59,158 bases of DNA from positions 1 to 59,158 of the IMG/VR virus record IMGVR_UViG_3300014024_000069. One strand, given 5' to 3'. Shown piece after piece: positions 1 through 10,611 of the stretch. Within the stretch, counting starts at the first letter, position 1. Each line of letters begins with the position of its first letter. Source of the DNA: a virus (Duplodnaviria; Heunggongvirae; Uroviricota; Caudoviricetes). The notes under the pieces were generated by a model. It had not been told where the DNA came from. It did not search any database and saw only the letters and a list, made by a program, of their open reading frames with translations. The position numbers and the translations under genes are program-made.

Positions 1-11
1 CCCCCGCCGCT

Positions 12-404
12 GTGCGCAGTTGGCATGTAAAGACGGTTATCGACGATCTCTACGGCAAGTCAGTGGAACGCAATCTCTCCTGTTCCCAGAACACTGCTTT
101 CGCAGCGCAGGGCGGTCCACATTCACTGAAAAACGAGGTCATCCTTGAACTGGCTTCCGCAAGCAACCCTGACGGAAGAACACATAGACTAACTGTCATT
201 GTTGACACGGTGCCCTCTGTCGGCAGCATCAACAGAGGTTCACAGCAAGTGATCTCCGCTCACTACCATCACCTTACACTGTGCTCTGTTGACCATGAGG
301 AGGAGTTAGGAGCAGCGCCTTTAACGCAGGAAAACCTTTTCGACCTGCTGAGCCGGTGGGAAGCGTGCGTTGTCAACATGGAGAATGGCGGGCACGGTGC
401 CTAA
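12..404 (+). CDS. Hypothetical protein, probably 5'-truncated by the window edge; paralog of the C-terminal domain of 1143..2033
   Basis: LASASNPDGRTHRLTVIVD / QENLFDLLSRWEACV align by eye with FESPALNPGCKHKLTIDIS / TRNLFKFLNVWEHCV. Confidence 0.65.
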   Translation: MRSWHVKTVIDDLYGKSVERNLSCSQNTAFAAQGGPHSLKNEVILELASASNPDGRTHRLTVIVDTVPSVGSINRGSQQVISAHYHHLTLCSVDHEEELGAAPLTQENLFDLLSRWEACVVNMENGGHGA

Positions 405-419
405 GCAAAAGAGTGTGTT

Positions 420-848
420 GTGACTTTTGAACGACTGTATTCTAGTGTGGCTTGTCAACAATGCGGTTTTGAACTGTGGGAACCAATTGCACAATCATCG
501 TACACCAGTTTGGGCCTGTATAATGATGATCGATTTCCAGGACGTTGCATACTGTCTCTACGGGAGCACAAGGAGTCACTAGAAGAACTTACCGTAGAAA
601 CTATGGTGTTCTTCATGCGCGATATACAAATAGTCATGAAAGCTATCCGTCAAGCAACAAACGCGACGCGGGTTAATGTCGCCATCCTCGGAAACAGAGA
701 AGCGCATCTTCATGCTCATCTTATTCCACGTTTCCCTGAAAATGAACAGTTCCCCGACTGTTCACCGTGGAATGATTTGCGATCCAAAAGGAAGCTTCCT
801 TGTGCGGAAACAGATCGTTTAAAGAACGCTATTTTTGGACATCTGTAA
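420..848 (+). CDS. HIT (histidine triad) family nucleotide hydrolase
   Basis: HLHAHLIPR triad motif, N-terminal CxxC, FPGRCIL and NVAILGN motifs. Confidence 0.9.
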   Translation: MTFERLYSSVACQQCGFELWEPIAQSSYTSLGLYNDDRFPGRCILSLREHKESLEELTVETMVFFMRDIQIVMKAIRQATNATRVNVAILGNREAHLHAHLIPRFPENEQFPDCSPWNDLRSKRKLPCAETDRLKNAIFGHL

Positions 849-1062
849 AAAATAGTCAATCAGAGGCGAACTGCAGATAACTTTTGATTTATTGAAACTG
901 AGACAGGTCCGTATCTGCGTAAAAGAGTTTATTTTCACGGAGCCACAGTCTCCTAATGCTCTTCATTACGAAGTAAGGTTTCGCACTACAGCGTGCAGGG
1001 GTACAGGGGGTGGCTTACATACGGTTTGACCTCATGCTTTACCATTGCACCACCCCCGATGA

Positions 1063-1106
1063 TTGACATATATAAAGATGACAGTTAATATAAAACATGT
1101 CAGCAA
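1063..1106 (+). promoter_or_regulatory. Repeated promoter module, copy 1
   Basis: TTGACA(1063)-N17-TAATAT(1086)-AAAACATGTCAGCAA; GGGGGTGG...CCACCCCC upstream. Confidence 0.85.
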
Positions 1107-1142
1107 AGTGATAGAGTTTAACCCAGGCAGGAAGGAATAAAG

Positions 1143-2033
1143 ATGATTGTTGTTGAAAACATGCCGAAGCCTTTTTTGAAGAACGAGGCAATCCCTGTAA
1201 AGGGCAGATGGCCTTGGACCGACGGAGAAAAGCTTAATGACTATATCAATGATATAAAGTCTAATTTACCCAATAAAGTGGAATTGGTAAATAATATTAA
1301 AAAGATGGTTCCAATCATCAAGTCCATTTCCTCAAAATTCAAGCATATTGACATGGAAGCCTGGCTCTGCCACAACGAGGAGTCCTGTGAATCATGGATG
1401 ATCCTTAAGCTTGACAAAGCTTGGTACTCTTTGCAATGTAAAAACAACTCACTCATCTTGTCAAGGCTATGCAATGTAAAACTAGAAAAAGGGAAATTCT
1501 CGGCTGAATTTTTAAGTAAAGTGGTCTACGAACACATATATTCGGATATTATTATAGATTTCATGAGTCATTTGTTCTCCGCCCAGGCAGACATGTTTGA
1601 TCCTGATTTTTTCATAATCAAACATATAAATAATGAAGAGCTGACCGCTTGTGATGTTTTTAACTCACTGGAAACTTTGTGTGAATATTTCACATGTGTG
1701 CCAGAAAAAATTGACGCTAAGAAGACTCAATTCGTGATTGAGTGTATTTATAGCGGTCCAGAAAAAAGCCTTTATTCTCCATCAGATGGAGTTGTTGTGT
1801 TTGAATCACCAGCTTTGAATCCTGGCTGCAAGCACAAGCTGACAATTGATATTAGCGGAGAAGGAAGAACTATTTTTGGAAAATACAGCTATATCACCCC
1901 CGACACGGTTGAAGAGGAAATTATTGGAAATGGATCCGCTAACACCAGAAACTTATTTAAGTTTTTGAATGTTTGGGAGCATTGCGTCACTGGAAAAGAA
2001 TCCCGTCTCATGGAAGAGAAGGGTATCTACTAA
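1143..2033 (+). CDS. Hypothetical protein (AT-rich)
   Basis: 296-aa ORF, SD GGAAGGA, directly behind promoter module 1. Confidence 0.8.
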   Translation: MIVVENMPKPFLKNEAIPVKGRWPWTDGEKLNDYINDIKSNLPNKVELVNNIKKMVPIIKSISSKFKHIDMEAWLCHNEESCESWMILKLDKAWYSLQCKNNSLILSRLCNVKLEKGKFSAEFLSKVVYEHIYSDIIIDFMSHLFSAQADMFDPDFFIIKHINNEELTACDVFNSLETLCEYFTCVPEKIDAKKTQFVIECIYSGPEKSLYSPSDGVVVFESPALNPGCKHKLTIDISGEGRTIFGKYSYITPDTVEEEIIGNGSANTRNLFKFLNVWEHCVTGKESRLMEEKGIY

Positions 2034-2131
2034 ACTATCTATTTCCTGCGCCTCTATTTTTTATAGAGGCGCTTCCGCAATAAAGAATGTAGGGATAATG
2101 TTTTCTTCTAGTTTTTCAGGAGGTTTTTCCT

Positions 2132-2386
2132 ATGGATTTTACGGGCGAGCTGCGTGCAGCGCTGGCGGGCGACGGACGATTCACCACCGCTGAGGGCGGT
2201 CTTGATGTTTCCCGTGTCGTGGAGGCTGCCTACGCGCAAGATGAGCAGCTTATATCAGCATTGCTAACGTCCCCGTTAAGGGGTATCGTTTTTCGGCAGT
2301 TCGGGCATGTCGTTAGTCTCGACTGTTCGCGGTTGGTGAGGGAACTGAGCTTGGATACTGCAGTAGAGCTGATGGCGGAAGAATAA
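2132..2386 (+). CDS. Stand-alone N-terminal domain of a type III R-M Mod subunit
   Basis: SD AGGAGG; LRAALAGDGRF...VVEAAYAQDEQLISALL...FRQFGHVVSLD resembles the Mod N-terminal domain; lies upstream of the catalytic ORF. Confidence 0.6.
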   Translation: MDFTGELRAALAGDGRFTTAEGGLDVSRVVEAAYAQDEQLISALLTSPLRGIVFRQFGHVVSLDCSRLVRELSLDTAVELMAEE

Positions 2387-2807
2387 TGTGACGAACACAC
2401 AAGCCCAATGGCGGCGAGGTAGAGGAAGTTAGCAGGGGGCACGACACTCAACAAGGGTGCGCCATACCTTGTTGCATACGGCAAGACGTTACGTTATGTC
2501 TTGCGGGATGCGTCTGGAAATAGGTTATCGACGCTCCCTCACCTTTTGAGAACCTGGCAGGTTGCTTATGCATGAGCGCTCCTCGCTGCTGTGTGTTAAC
2601 CTTAGCGCTACTGCTCCCCTGAGCCGCGCCGCCCACTTTTCCCTTTTACCTTGCTTCTGCGCCCTGCATGCTCTTCTCTTGGTTTTCTGCGTGGGGATTG
2701 TTGTAGGATGAGATGTCGCAAATGCTACTTTGCACCTGTAGCTTGTCAATGCAATCACCATAAGGAATCCTCTTAGATAAACATGAAGAAGACACACTAC
2801 AGCACCA

Positions 2808-4319
2808 TTGTTGTTGAGTCCCCTCTGCCCCGCCACGCATCCCAATGTGGGGGGGGCAGGCACGGTGAGCGCACCCGTGCGGGAAGACAGCAAGTCCGCT
2901 GCCGATGCATCAGGGAACGACAGCCGCTCTGCAGAGAACGATAACCCTACTGGAATACATCTCGTGAACACTGTGCGCTATACCAGCAGCACAGATGCCG
3001 CCGACGCAAAAGCAGGTAGCCGCACTCTCAGAAGCGAACCAGAAGACCCCACAGGAAGCCCCTTATGCATCCCTGATGGTATTCATGTTGTCCCCGTTGA
3101 TCCCGCCGCCGTCACCCATGACGACGACCTTATCATTAAAGGAGACAACCTGGTAGGGCTGCGCTGGATGTTGGGCGAGGGTGGATACAGAGGAAAAGTG
3201 AAATGTATCTATGTTGACCCGCCATATTTCTTCACCCGCCATAAGGCGAAACTGGCGTACAACAGTAATTTCCGCAAGGAAGACTGGTTGGCATTCCTTA
3301 AAGAACGCCTCGTCCTGGCGCGGGAATTACTCAGCGACGACGGTTCATTTTTCGCCCAGATCAGCGACCAAGGTGTGGGTGAACTCCTGGTGTTACTAAA
3401 AGAAATATTCGGTGACCGTAATTTCGTCAACATGATTACCACTAGAACCAAATCAACATCAGGATTCGCAACAGTCAACAAAGGCTTATTCAACGCCGCA
3501 GAATACATTCTGGTATTCGCCAAAAACCGCCAAAAATGGCAACCCAATAACCTCTACACGCCAGCCGAATGGGATGACACCTACCGACACCTCGTCGAAA
3601 ACCCCGACGACCACCTCAGCACGTGGCGCATCACCACCATTGCCGACCACCTCGCCACGCAACAAGGCTACCGCACCGCACACGCCATGAGGAAAACACT
3701 TGGCGCTCAAAAAGTCCGCGACCTGGAGGCTCACTACGCCGCAACCCACCCTCATAAAGTCTTCCGACTCAACCAAATCCGCGACAACGCAGGAACCACC
3801 ATCGCCACCACGCGAGACGAATCCAAACGAAACCCCCACGCCGTCTACACCGTGCCCCGCGCCGGGCATCACGACGTGCACATCTGGCGGGGACGGGAAA
3901 TGACTTTCTACGAACGCAAACTCCGAACGATCAACGGCAAGTTAACACCTAGTGTGAAAATGTCGAACATCTGGACAGATGTCTCATATGACGGCATCAG
4001 CCCAGAAGGCGGAGTGCAACTAAGAGGAGGAAAGAAACCCGAACGCCTCATACGCCGAATACTGCAGCTAGCAACCAACGAAGGTGATCTAGTAGTTGAC
4101 TTCTTCCTCGGATCCGGCACCACAGCGGCCGTCGCACACAAAATGGGAAGGAAATACATAGGGATAGAACAAATGGACTACATCAAGAACATCACCACCC
4201 AACGCCTCATCAACGTCATAGGCGGCGACACCACCGGAATATCCAAAAAGCAAGACTGGGAAGGCGGAGGGGCGTTCACCTACGCGGAACTAGCGGGGGG
4301 GCGCGGACTAAAAGGGTAG
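2808..4319 (+). CDS. Type III Mod-like (beta-class) DNA methyltransferase, orphan; start uncertain
   Basis: IIKGDNL, KVKCIYVDPPY (motif IV), KKPERLIRRIL, DFFLGSGTTAAVAHKMGR (motif I), WEGGGAF C-terminus; no Res gene follows. Confidence 0.92.
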   Translation: MLLSPLCPATHPNVGGAGTVSAPVREDSKSAADASGNDSRSAENDNPTGIHLVNTVRYTSSTDAADAKAGSRTLRSEPEDPTGSPLCIPDGIHVVPVDPAAVTHDDDLIIKGDNLVGLRWMLGEGGYRGKVKCIYVDPPYFFTRHKAKLAYNSNFRKEDWLAFLKERLVLARELLSDDGSFFAQISDQGVGELLVLLKEIFGDRNFVNMITTRTKSTSGFATVNKGLFNAAEYILVFAKNRQKWQPNNLYTPAEWDDTYRHLVENPDDHLSTWRITTIADHLATQQGYRTAHAMRKTLGAQKVRDLEAHYAATHPHKVFRLNQIRDNAGTTIATTRDESKRNPHAVYTVPRAGHHDVHIWRGREMTFYERKLRTINGKLTPSVKMSNIWTDVSYDGISPEGGVQLRGGKKPERLIRRILQLATNEGDLVVDFFLGSGTTAAVAHKMGRKYIGIEQMDYIKNITTQRLINVIGGDTTGISKKQDWEGGGAFTYAELAGGRGLKG

Positions 4320-4438
4320 GAACGGGTAGGGCGAGAGCCACCATTGTTTAGCAGCAACACGCGGGGGTGCTCAGCGAAAGGAAAACGCAGCTCAGGTGAA
4401 TTATTCGCTACAAAGCCAACGTAAAAAATTACCCCCGA

Positions 4439-4479
4439 TTGACATATGTTGAAATGCTATTTAATATAAAAATCATCAG
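4439..4479 (+). promoter_or_regulatory. Repeated promoter module, copy 2 (divergent leader)
   Basis: TTGACA(4439)-N17-TAATAT(4462)-AAAAATCATCAG; CGGGGGT...ACCCCCG upstream. Confidence 0.8.
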
Positions 4480-4534
4480 TAGAAAAAGAGGCAGTGAGAT
4501 AATCTCTTGAATCCCCTTTGGGAAAGGAAGAAAA

Positions 4535-4948
4535 ATGGGGTACTATTCAACAATCACCGATGTCGAGCTTGAAGCGAAACTAGAGTGCGCAGAAAATCCT
4601 GTACTTGAAGAGGAATGGAACACATTCCTTTTCAACGCAAGGAATGATAATAGCAATTTCCTGCTTAATGTTTTGGAAGCAGAAGCAACTTTCTCCGACG
4701 ATGGCGAGATGGAAGAGATTCTTTTTGGAACGGCAGGAAGGGAAGGAAAACCTTATAACATTAAAAGGGATTTAGTTTTGTTGAAGAATTTCTTTGACGA
4801 TCACAAAATCCCCTTCAAGTTCACCATCAGAGTAGAGGGTGAAGACGGAGGTGACGTTGTAAAGTACTACATCGACAGTGATAATGATGAGGTCATGGCA
4901 TCACAAGCTGAGCTAGTGTTCCCAGATTTCAGCCCTCTGAAATACTAG
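4535..4948 (+). CDS. Acidic phage-type hypothetical protein
   Basis: 137-aa ORF, SD GGAAAGGA, MGY start and VEGEDG motif. Confidence 0.8.
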   Translation: MGYYSTITDVELEAKLECAENPVLEEEWNTFLFNARNDNSNFLLNVLEAEATFSDDGEMEEILFGTAGREGKPYNIKRDLVLLKNFFDDHKIPFKFTIRVEGEDGGDVVKYYIDSDNDEVMASQAELVFPDFSPLKY

Positions 4949-5049
4949 AATCTGAAAGCATCCCCTAACCTCCTGTGGATTGCGGGGGTGACACATTTTT
5001 CACTATTATCAGTGACATGTGCAGAAAACCAAACAGCAGATGTGGGCGC

Positions 5050-5709
5050 ATGTATACCAAAAGGGTAGCTTACGCGGCCCTTATCGCGTCTTCTCTATTC
5101 CTCTCAGCCTGCGAGGAAACAGAATCACCAGCGACTATGACGCAGGACGTAGAGGATTCTCGTAGCGTCGTGGATAAAGTCAACAAGGCGCAGAAGATTG
5201 AAGCTAAAAAAGACTTTTTCTCCTGGGAGGACCACTGGCGTATATATGCAGATGGCGATGAGGTAGGGGAAGTTAAGGGACTGGTATTCCCCGTTATAGG
5301 AGACGTGTACGCTCTCTACAGCAAAAAAGGCAATCTGGTTGGCAGCGAAGTGGAAGACAAAGGGTGGGTGAGCAGTGAAGCAGCCGTCTACGATTGGCAC
5401 ACTCAGGAGATAGGGCACCTAGAGAAAGAACCTTTCTCATTTATGATGCGAATTGACATCTACCGTGAGAAAGAGGACAAGCATGTAGGGTCAAATGAAG
5501 AAAACCTCAACTTCTTCACGATTGACTCAGACATCAAGAACACCGATGGCTCAGCCGCATGGAAAATGCACAAATCGTTTAGCAGCTATGCGGACCTAGA
5601 GATTACTCGACAAGACGGCGCAGACCACAAGGAAGCCGTAACAGGTATGGAAGCTTTGTGGGTAAGTCTGGTAATGAACGAACTATCCGAAGATAATCGG
5701 GAAGGCTAA
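5050..5709 (+). CDS. Lipoprotein with LURP-one/Tubby-C (scramblase)-like domain
   Basis: Signal peptide with lipobox LSAC; KKDFFSWEDHWRIY...VGEVKG repeated beta pattern. Confidence 0.7.
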   Translation: MYTKRVAYAALIASSLFLSACEETESPATMTQDVEDSRSVVDKVNKAQKIEAKKDFFSWEDHWRIYADGDEVGEVKGLVFPVIGDVYALYSKKGNLVGSEVEDKGWVSSEAAVYDWHTQEIGHLEKEPFSFMMRIDIYREKEDKHVGSNEENLNFFTIDSDIKNTDGSAAWKMHKSFSSYADLEITRQDGADHKEAVTGMEALWVSLVMNELSEDNREG

Positions 5710-5818
5710 GCCGCAGGCAAATCGTTAAGATAATCATCCAATGCGAGCACGAATCCGAGGAATCGGAATCCGGTTAAAACTCAAACAAAAAGTGAGTTTA
5801 AAAAATAAGGAGAAGAAA

Positions 5819-6589
5819 ATGAATATTATTTCCTTTATTGATAAGGAAGAAAAGAAGACAATGAACGAGGAGCAAATTAAAGATTATGTGAGTAATAAAA
5901 TATCTTCACTCTCAAATTATGTTCATGGCGTTGAGGTTGTAGAGTGTGAATGCGAAGAAGGATGCGCGCATTGCCTGTTGATAAAAGTCAATAAATTAAC
6001 AGAAGGAAAATACTTTGTTGATATGAAATTGAATTTCAGTGAAAGTTCAATAAGGTATATGATCAGCATTTCCCAAACAGCAACACCGTCTTCCAAAGAG
6101 ACATGCCCTATTGCGGAAGGTGAGGTTAAAAAGAGTCTGTATCATCTTGAAGGGCTATTGGAGGAATTTCACGCATCCATTGCCTTGACGAGCGAACACT
6201 TTTTAAAGAAAGAAGCGTGCGTTTTCTCTAAGAGAATGCTCAAAAGCGACTTTTTCGTAGACGATAGACTATCGTCAAAGTCAGACTGTCTCACATTTGA
6301 AATGGTCCTAGAGTCAAATGAAGAAGTGTTTGGGAAGAAGGAAAAAGTAAAAGAAACATCGCACCCTCAATGGGATTACATAATTGCGGAAAAAGCATTG
6401 TGTAAAATTTTGCCGAACGGTGCAGTATTCTTCACGATGAACGGTAAAATCATCCTCCTAGAAGGAGGCGACATCACGTACAAAAACATTCATGATGTCC
6501 TAGAAGACATGAGACTGCATCTTTTTTCCAAAAATGTAGTTGATGAGAACGCTCATGAAAAATGGGGAAATATCGGGCAGGCTTGCTAG
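5819..6589 (+). CDS. Hypothetical protein, possible remote member of the expanded alpha/beta family
   Basis: SD TAAGGAG; C-terminal ITYKNIHDVLEDM helix. Confidence 0.7.
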   Translation: MNIISFIDKEEKKTMNEEQIKDYVSNKISSLSNYVHGVEVVECECEEGCAHCLLIKVNKLTEGKYFVDMKLNFSESSIRYMISISQTATPSSKETCPIAEGEVKKSLYHLEGLLEEFHASIALTSEHFLKKEACVFSKRMLKSDFFVDDRLSSKSDCLTFEMVLESNEEVFGKKEKVKETSHPQWDYIIAEKALCKILPNGAVFFTMNGKIILLEGGDITYKNIHDVLEDMRLHLFSKNVVDENAHEKWGNIGQAC

Positions 6590-6610
6590 ACGGAATCTCC
6601 GAAAGCAAAC

Positions 6611-7300
6611 ATGGCAACTTATCCCCTGTTACAGCGCGCAAAGGAGCTACTAAGACAACAGGAGTGCAGCTTCCATGTGTCAAAAGACGGGAACGTGTTT
6701 GCTTATTTCAATAGAGGTGTGGTGGCGCACATAAAATACAGCGAGCCTGCAGACATTAGCACGGCAATCCCTGTTGACATTGACTTCTTTACCCCGTCAC
6801 CCACAGGAAACGTGGATTTGAGCAACAGCAAACCAGTCATTACCGTCACATCAAAAGAATCAAATTTCACTGCAGAAGGAAGTGAGGTTATTAGGGAGTT
6901 TGTTCACTATTCTGGATTAAACAGCCTTCATGAAGATGATTTACACTCAACCTACGTACACAAAGACATCATAAACATACTAGTTTTTGTTAATGATCAC
7001 GGTCGAATCTACAATGCTTTTAAACATCAAATAATGTTCCATGACGCGAGAACCGTCAAATCGCTAATGAAGATATTGCTGTCGATGCAGGGGCTGTCCT
7101 ACGAGCTTGAACCAGATGACAGCTACACCGTGTTCAGCAGAGATGACGATAGGGGTGCTGGTGGATTCTCTGTTGCTGAAACCGCACAGGGAATCGTCCT
7201 GAAGCGCCAAAGAAGATCCCCTTACCCAACGGAGATTGAGGAAGTAGTCAATCCCTCATGGAATGATATTTATCATGCTGCCACCTGCATACTGTGGTAA
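6611..7300 (+). CDS. Hypothetical protein, possible remote member of the expanded alpha/beta family
   Basis: 229-aa ORF ending NPSWNDIYHAATCIL. Confidence 0.75.
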   Translation: MATYPLLQRAKELLRQQECSFHVSKDGNVFAYFNRGVVAHIKYSEPADISTAIPVDIDFFTPSPTGNVDLSNSKPVITVTSKESNFTAEGSEVIREFVHYSGLNSLHEDDLHSTYVHKDIINILVFVNDHGRIYNAFKHQIMFHDARTVKSLMKILLSMQGLSYELEPDDSYTVFSRDDDRGAGGFSVAETAQGIVLKRQRRSPYPTEIEEVVNPSWNDIYHAATCILW

Positions 7301-7375
7301 AAAAGCTAAGCGCGCCCCGGCGGCACCTAAATTCGTTGGAGTGCAGCAGATCGAGTGAGTGCGTAAAGCGGCATA

Positions 7376-7430
7376 AAGTAAACCCCAGAAGGAAATGACT
7401 TCATCTGCCTTTCTCTTCTGGGGTTTACTT
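7376..7430. terminator. Bidirectional terminator-like hairpin between convergent genes
   Basis: AAGTAAACCCCAGAAG ... CTTCTGGGGTTTACTT 16-bp inverted repeat. Confidence 0.7.
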
Positions 7431-7714
7431 TAATCTACTCCTAAAGCCTCCTTTACTTTTTTAATTTCATCAAGAATAATTTGAATATGGGGAATAGCTT
7501 TCTCCACCTGTGGTTTAACCACCATAGGTGTTCCCTTATGGGAGACAGCGAGGTCTCCCCATTTGGCTTCCAACGCCCGTATATTCGAGCGAACGTAAGA
7601 AGACTGTACACCCAAGTAACGCGCGGCCTCTTGAGAGGATCCGCACTGGTAGAGCGCAAACAAGCTCTCCAGCTGTTTGAATGTCGGATCGCTGTAATCT
7701 TTTTTGTTTTTCAT
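7430..7714 (-). CDS. LysR-type HTH-only protein (paralog 1)
   Basis: PTFKQLESLFALYQCGSSQEAARYLGVQSSYVRSNIRALEAKWG matches the LysR HTH_1 pattern; no effector domain. Confidence 0.8.
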   Translation of the reverse strand: MKNKKDYSDPTFKQLESLFALYQCGSSQEAARYLGVQSSYVRSNIRALEAKWGDLAVSHKGTPMVVKPQVEKAIPHIQIILDEIKKVKEALGVD

Positions 7715-7767
7715 AACATTCCTTTCTAGGATTTAACTGAGTAAATATTTTGACATTCATTGAAAGC

Positions 7768-7995
7768 TTACTTCAATGTGGAAAATCCGTGCGGTAGGAT
7801 TTCATTTCCGTTAAGCCACTTTTCGTATTGCCCCCTTTCCATAATGTGCCAACTTTGCTTGGTTACGGTATTCACATACCCATCCTCAACAAATGATTCT
7901 ACTCCTTGATCCTTCACGATATAGACAACAGTATGCCCATCCTGCATTACTTTATAATGCCCTGCGGATTCCCTCTTCTTGGTGATGGTTGCCAT
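7768..7995 (-). CDS. Small hypothetical protein (cassette gene)
   Basis: SD AAGGAGG behind promoter module 3. Confidence 0.75.
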   Translation of the reverse strand: MATITKKRESAGHYKVMQDGHTVVYIVKDQGVESFVEDGYVNTVTKQSWHIMERGQYEKWLNGNEILPHGFSTLK

Positions 7996-8086
7996 TTTGT
8001 GCCCCTCCTTGGAACTCTGGCGGGGTTTTTACACCCCAATGGTTGCTGACAAGATTTATATTAAGTTAGCTTTATTCCTATGTCAA
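7996..8086 (-). promoter_or_regulatory. Repeated promoter/leader module, copy 3
   Basis: Minus strand: TTGACA-N17-TAATAT-AAATCTTGTCAGCAACC, GGGGT..ACCCC hairpin, GTTCCAAGGAGG SD. Confidence 0.9.
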
Positions 8087-8160
8087 CTATCCCAAGAAAA
8101 ACACCCCCAAACGGGTGAACCCGTGGGGGTGCGACTAGACTGCAGAAAAGCGGTGGCAGA

Positions 8161-8496
8161 TCACCAAGACGGCATGTCGGCAAGCGCTTCCTTGGCTTCT
8201 GCGGTCAATGGGTAAAAGAAAACGGTGATAAATCCAGATTCGGCTTCTCCTGCAGGCGTTGTGGATCCAATGACACCCGCTTCATGCAGCAGTGTCACAT
8301 ATTTTCCGTTTTCCTCCTTGACGGCGATACAGCCATCAGGAATGCCGTCAACATTGACTGTCAGCGAATCGAATGGCTCGCCGGTGTCGCATGTTGACTT
8401 GACAGCTGGGGTGCCGTCAATGTATCGACATAGACTCAATTCGAGGCGAAAGTTTTCTCCGTACTTATACAGGTTGTAGATTTTGCCCAGATTCAT
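8161..8496 (-). CDS. DUF4313-like hypothetical protein
   Basis: GEPFDSLTVNV ... SGFITVFFY motifs recalled from DUF4313; SD AGAGGAAG. Confidence 0.6.
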   Translation of the reverse strand: MNLGKIYNLYKYGENFRLELSLCRYIDGTPAVKSTCDTGEPFDSLTVNVDGIPDGCIAVKEENGKYVTLLHEAGVIGSTTPAGEAESGFITVFFYPLTAEAKEALADMPSW

Positions 8497-8653
8497 GGTG
8501 ATCTTCCTCTTTGATGATTGATGCGACGCAGGCTCATTCTTATATGTCCAGCCTGTCTTATCTTTCATCGTCTCATTTTTAGTGCAGGGTAGTCAAGATA
8601 AAAAGACCCCCGCCTATGGACACAGCTCCCATTGTGGGAGTGGCGAGGGTTTG

Positions 8654-8743
8654 CGGAGGTGAAGGGATTTGAACCCTTGAGGCTTCCTAGAGAAACCCAA
8701 CGCATTAGCAGTGCGCCCCAATCGTCCGCTCTGGCACACCTCC
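8654..8743 (-). tRNA. tRNA-Ser (GCT)
   Basis: GGAGGTG/CACCTCC acceptor, GCGCA-CT-GCT-AA-TGCGT anticodon arm, long variable arm, GGTTCAAATCC T arm; CCA not encoded; TGCTATCAT -10 upstream. Confidence 0.93.
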
Positions 8744-9411
8744 AAGCAAGCCCACTTGGACTCACAGTGTTAATGATAGCACGTGGTGTCGCTTTCCTCA
8801 AGATGCCCCCTAGACGATCCAGATGTGCTCACTTGCGACGCAATGCCTATACACCCATACGGCGACAAGCAAAGACACCGATGTGGCGGTGACATGCTCA
8901 CCCATGCAGAACGGAAGAAAGCTGCTCCGCGTAGGTAAACCCCTAGCTCTACAAGGGGAGGATGTAAAGAAGACGAGGATTGGACAAGTGCGTCCCTTGG
9001 TGCACAAAAAGGGGGGCACTGCAGCAGCGAGATGCAGGGTGCTCTAAGTGTAAAAAATGCCGGCGCCTAGTTCCCCACCTGCTGATCAAGCGATTAGGCT
9101 CACATTTTGCGTTTCTATGCTCTTCTGCGCCAATGCATCGACGCCGGTGGCCGCTGCGTTGGGTGTCGCAATATTTTCCACCGCCCTCATTTCGTAGCGA
9201 CTGTGTGAACGCAGATGTGCTGTAGTGTTGAGGGTGGTGATTGACGTGTCATAAAAATGCGTGAGATTTTCCCCTGCTCTCCTGCAGTAACACTGCCGGA
9301 GAATAGAGGCAAGCATGATTTCGCGTACTTTTTCCGATACGTCCACCACCAATAGGCAATCTCCGCCCCTTAACCTCAAACCCCCGGCCTATCAATGAAA
9401 GTTTAACCCTG

Positions 9412-10611
9412 ATGACAATCAACCCGCCCATCCATAAGAAACGCAACCTGCTTGGCGAAGCGCAGATGAAGAAGCGCGACGAGTTCTACACGCAACTAAG
9501 CGATATTGAAAAGGAACTTGTTTTATACAAAGAACATTTCAAGAACAAAGTTGTTTACTGCAATTGCGATGATCCCTTGTGGTCGAATTTCTTTTTGTTT
9601 TTCGTGCTGAATTTCAATAGCCTTGGCTTACGTGGACTAATTGCCACCTGCTATTCCGGTTCCCTGTCATCCGACAAAGCGCTAAAGGCTGTGGTTCGGC
9701 ACGTTCCCGAACACCTCATCCCGGCAGACTATGACGCGGGGCTTGATGATGCCGCAAGGTTCATCAACGAGCCACAAGGTAAACGACGCGGCAAAACAGC
9801 CAACGTGGAATCCCCCATAGTGGATTTTGATGCGCTTTTCAGCCACGACGGCAATGAACTCACCGAGCTTACAGGCGATGGCGACTTCCGGTCACCTGAA
9901 TGCGTTGAGCTGCTGCGCCATGCGGACATCATTTGCACAAACCCGCCATTCTCCCTGTTTAGGGAATACATTGCGCTCCTCATGGAGCACGAAAAGAAAT
10001 TCATTGTGATGGGCAACTTGAATGCCGTCACCTATTCCAACTTCTTCCCCCTGCTCAAAGAACAAATCGTTCATCTCGGCACCAGCATCGGATCTGGCGA
10101 CAAGAAATTCAACGTACCCGACAGCTACGAAATCAACGCAGCAAGCGGCGGCATTGATGAGAACGGAAGAAAATACATCAGGTTCAAAAACGTCCGCTGG
10201 TACCACAACCTTCATGATGATGCTGAACGTCCATTCATTAAACTTACCCAAAGGTATGACCCCAAAAAATACCCCAGATACCTTAACTGCGACGCAATAG
10301 AAGTAGGGCAGGTATCAAACATCCCCTACGACTACGACGGAAACATGGGTGTGCCCATCACCTTCATGGACAAGTGGAACCCACAACAATTCACCATCAT
10401 TGGCGACAGCAGAGATGACTACATCCCCATCCAGCGTGTGGCGAAACCAGACGATAAGTACATATCAAGCGGCGCTAGCCTTTTCATTAGGACAGGCGAA
10501 CATGAACTGCGCAGCCTATACCGGCGCATCATCATCCGAAACCTACATGTCGTGGCGGAGGGCAAGCGAGGAGAAATGGCGCGGATAAGCGCGCTCAACA
10601 AGGAGGAATAA
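9412..10611 (+). CDS. Adenine-specific DNA methyltransferase, EcoRI family, orphan
   Basis: DEFYTQLSDIEKEL, VYCNCDDP, GDGDFRSPEC, TNPPFSLFREY, MGVPITFMDK motifs; no adjacent REase. Confidence 0.93.
   Translation: MTINPPIHKKRNLLGEAQMKKRDEFYTQLSDIEKELVLYKEHFKNKVVYCNCDDPLWSNFFLFFVLNFNSLGLRGLIATCYSGSLSSDKALKAVVRHVPEHLIPADYDAGLDDAARFINEPQGKRRGKTANVESPIVDFDALFSHDGNELTELTGDGDFRSPECVELLRHADIICTNPPFSLFREYIALLMEHEKKFIVMGNLNAVTYSNFFPLLKEQIVHLGTSIGSGDKKFNVPDSYEINAASGGIDENGRKYIRFKNVRWYHNLHDDAERPFIKLTQRYDPKKYPRYLNCDAIEVGQVSNIPYDYDGNMGVPITFMDKWNPQQFTIIGDSRDDYIPIQRVAKPDDKYISSGASLFIRTGEHELRSLYRRIIIRNLHVVAEGKRGEMARISALNKEE

Noticed and set aside
8654..8743. tRNA genes as prophage or island attachment sites
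   Set aside because: No integrase and no duplicated tRNA 3' end noticed in the window
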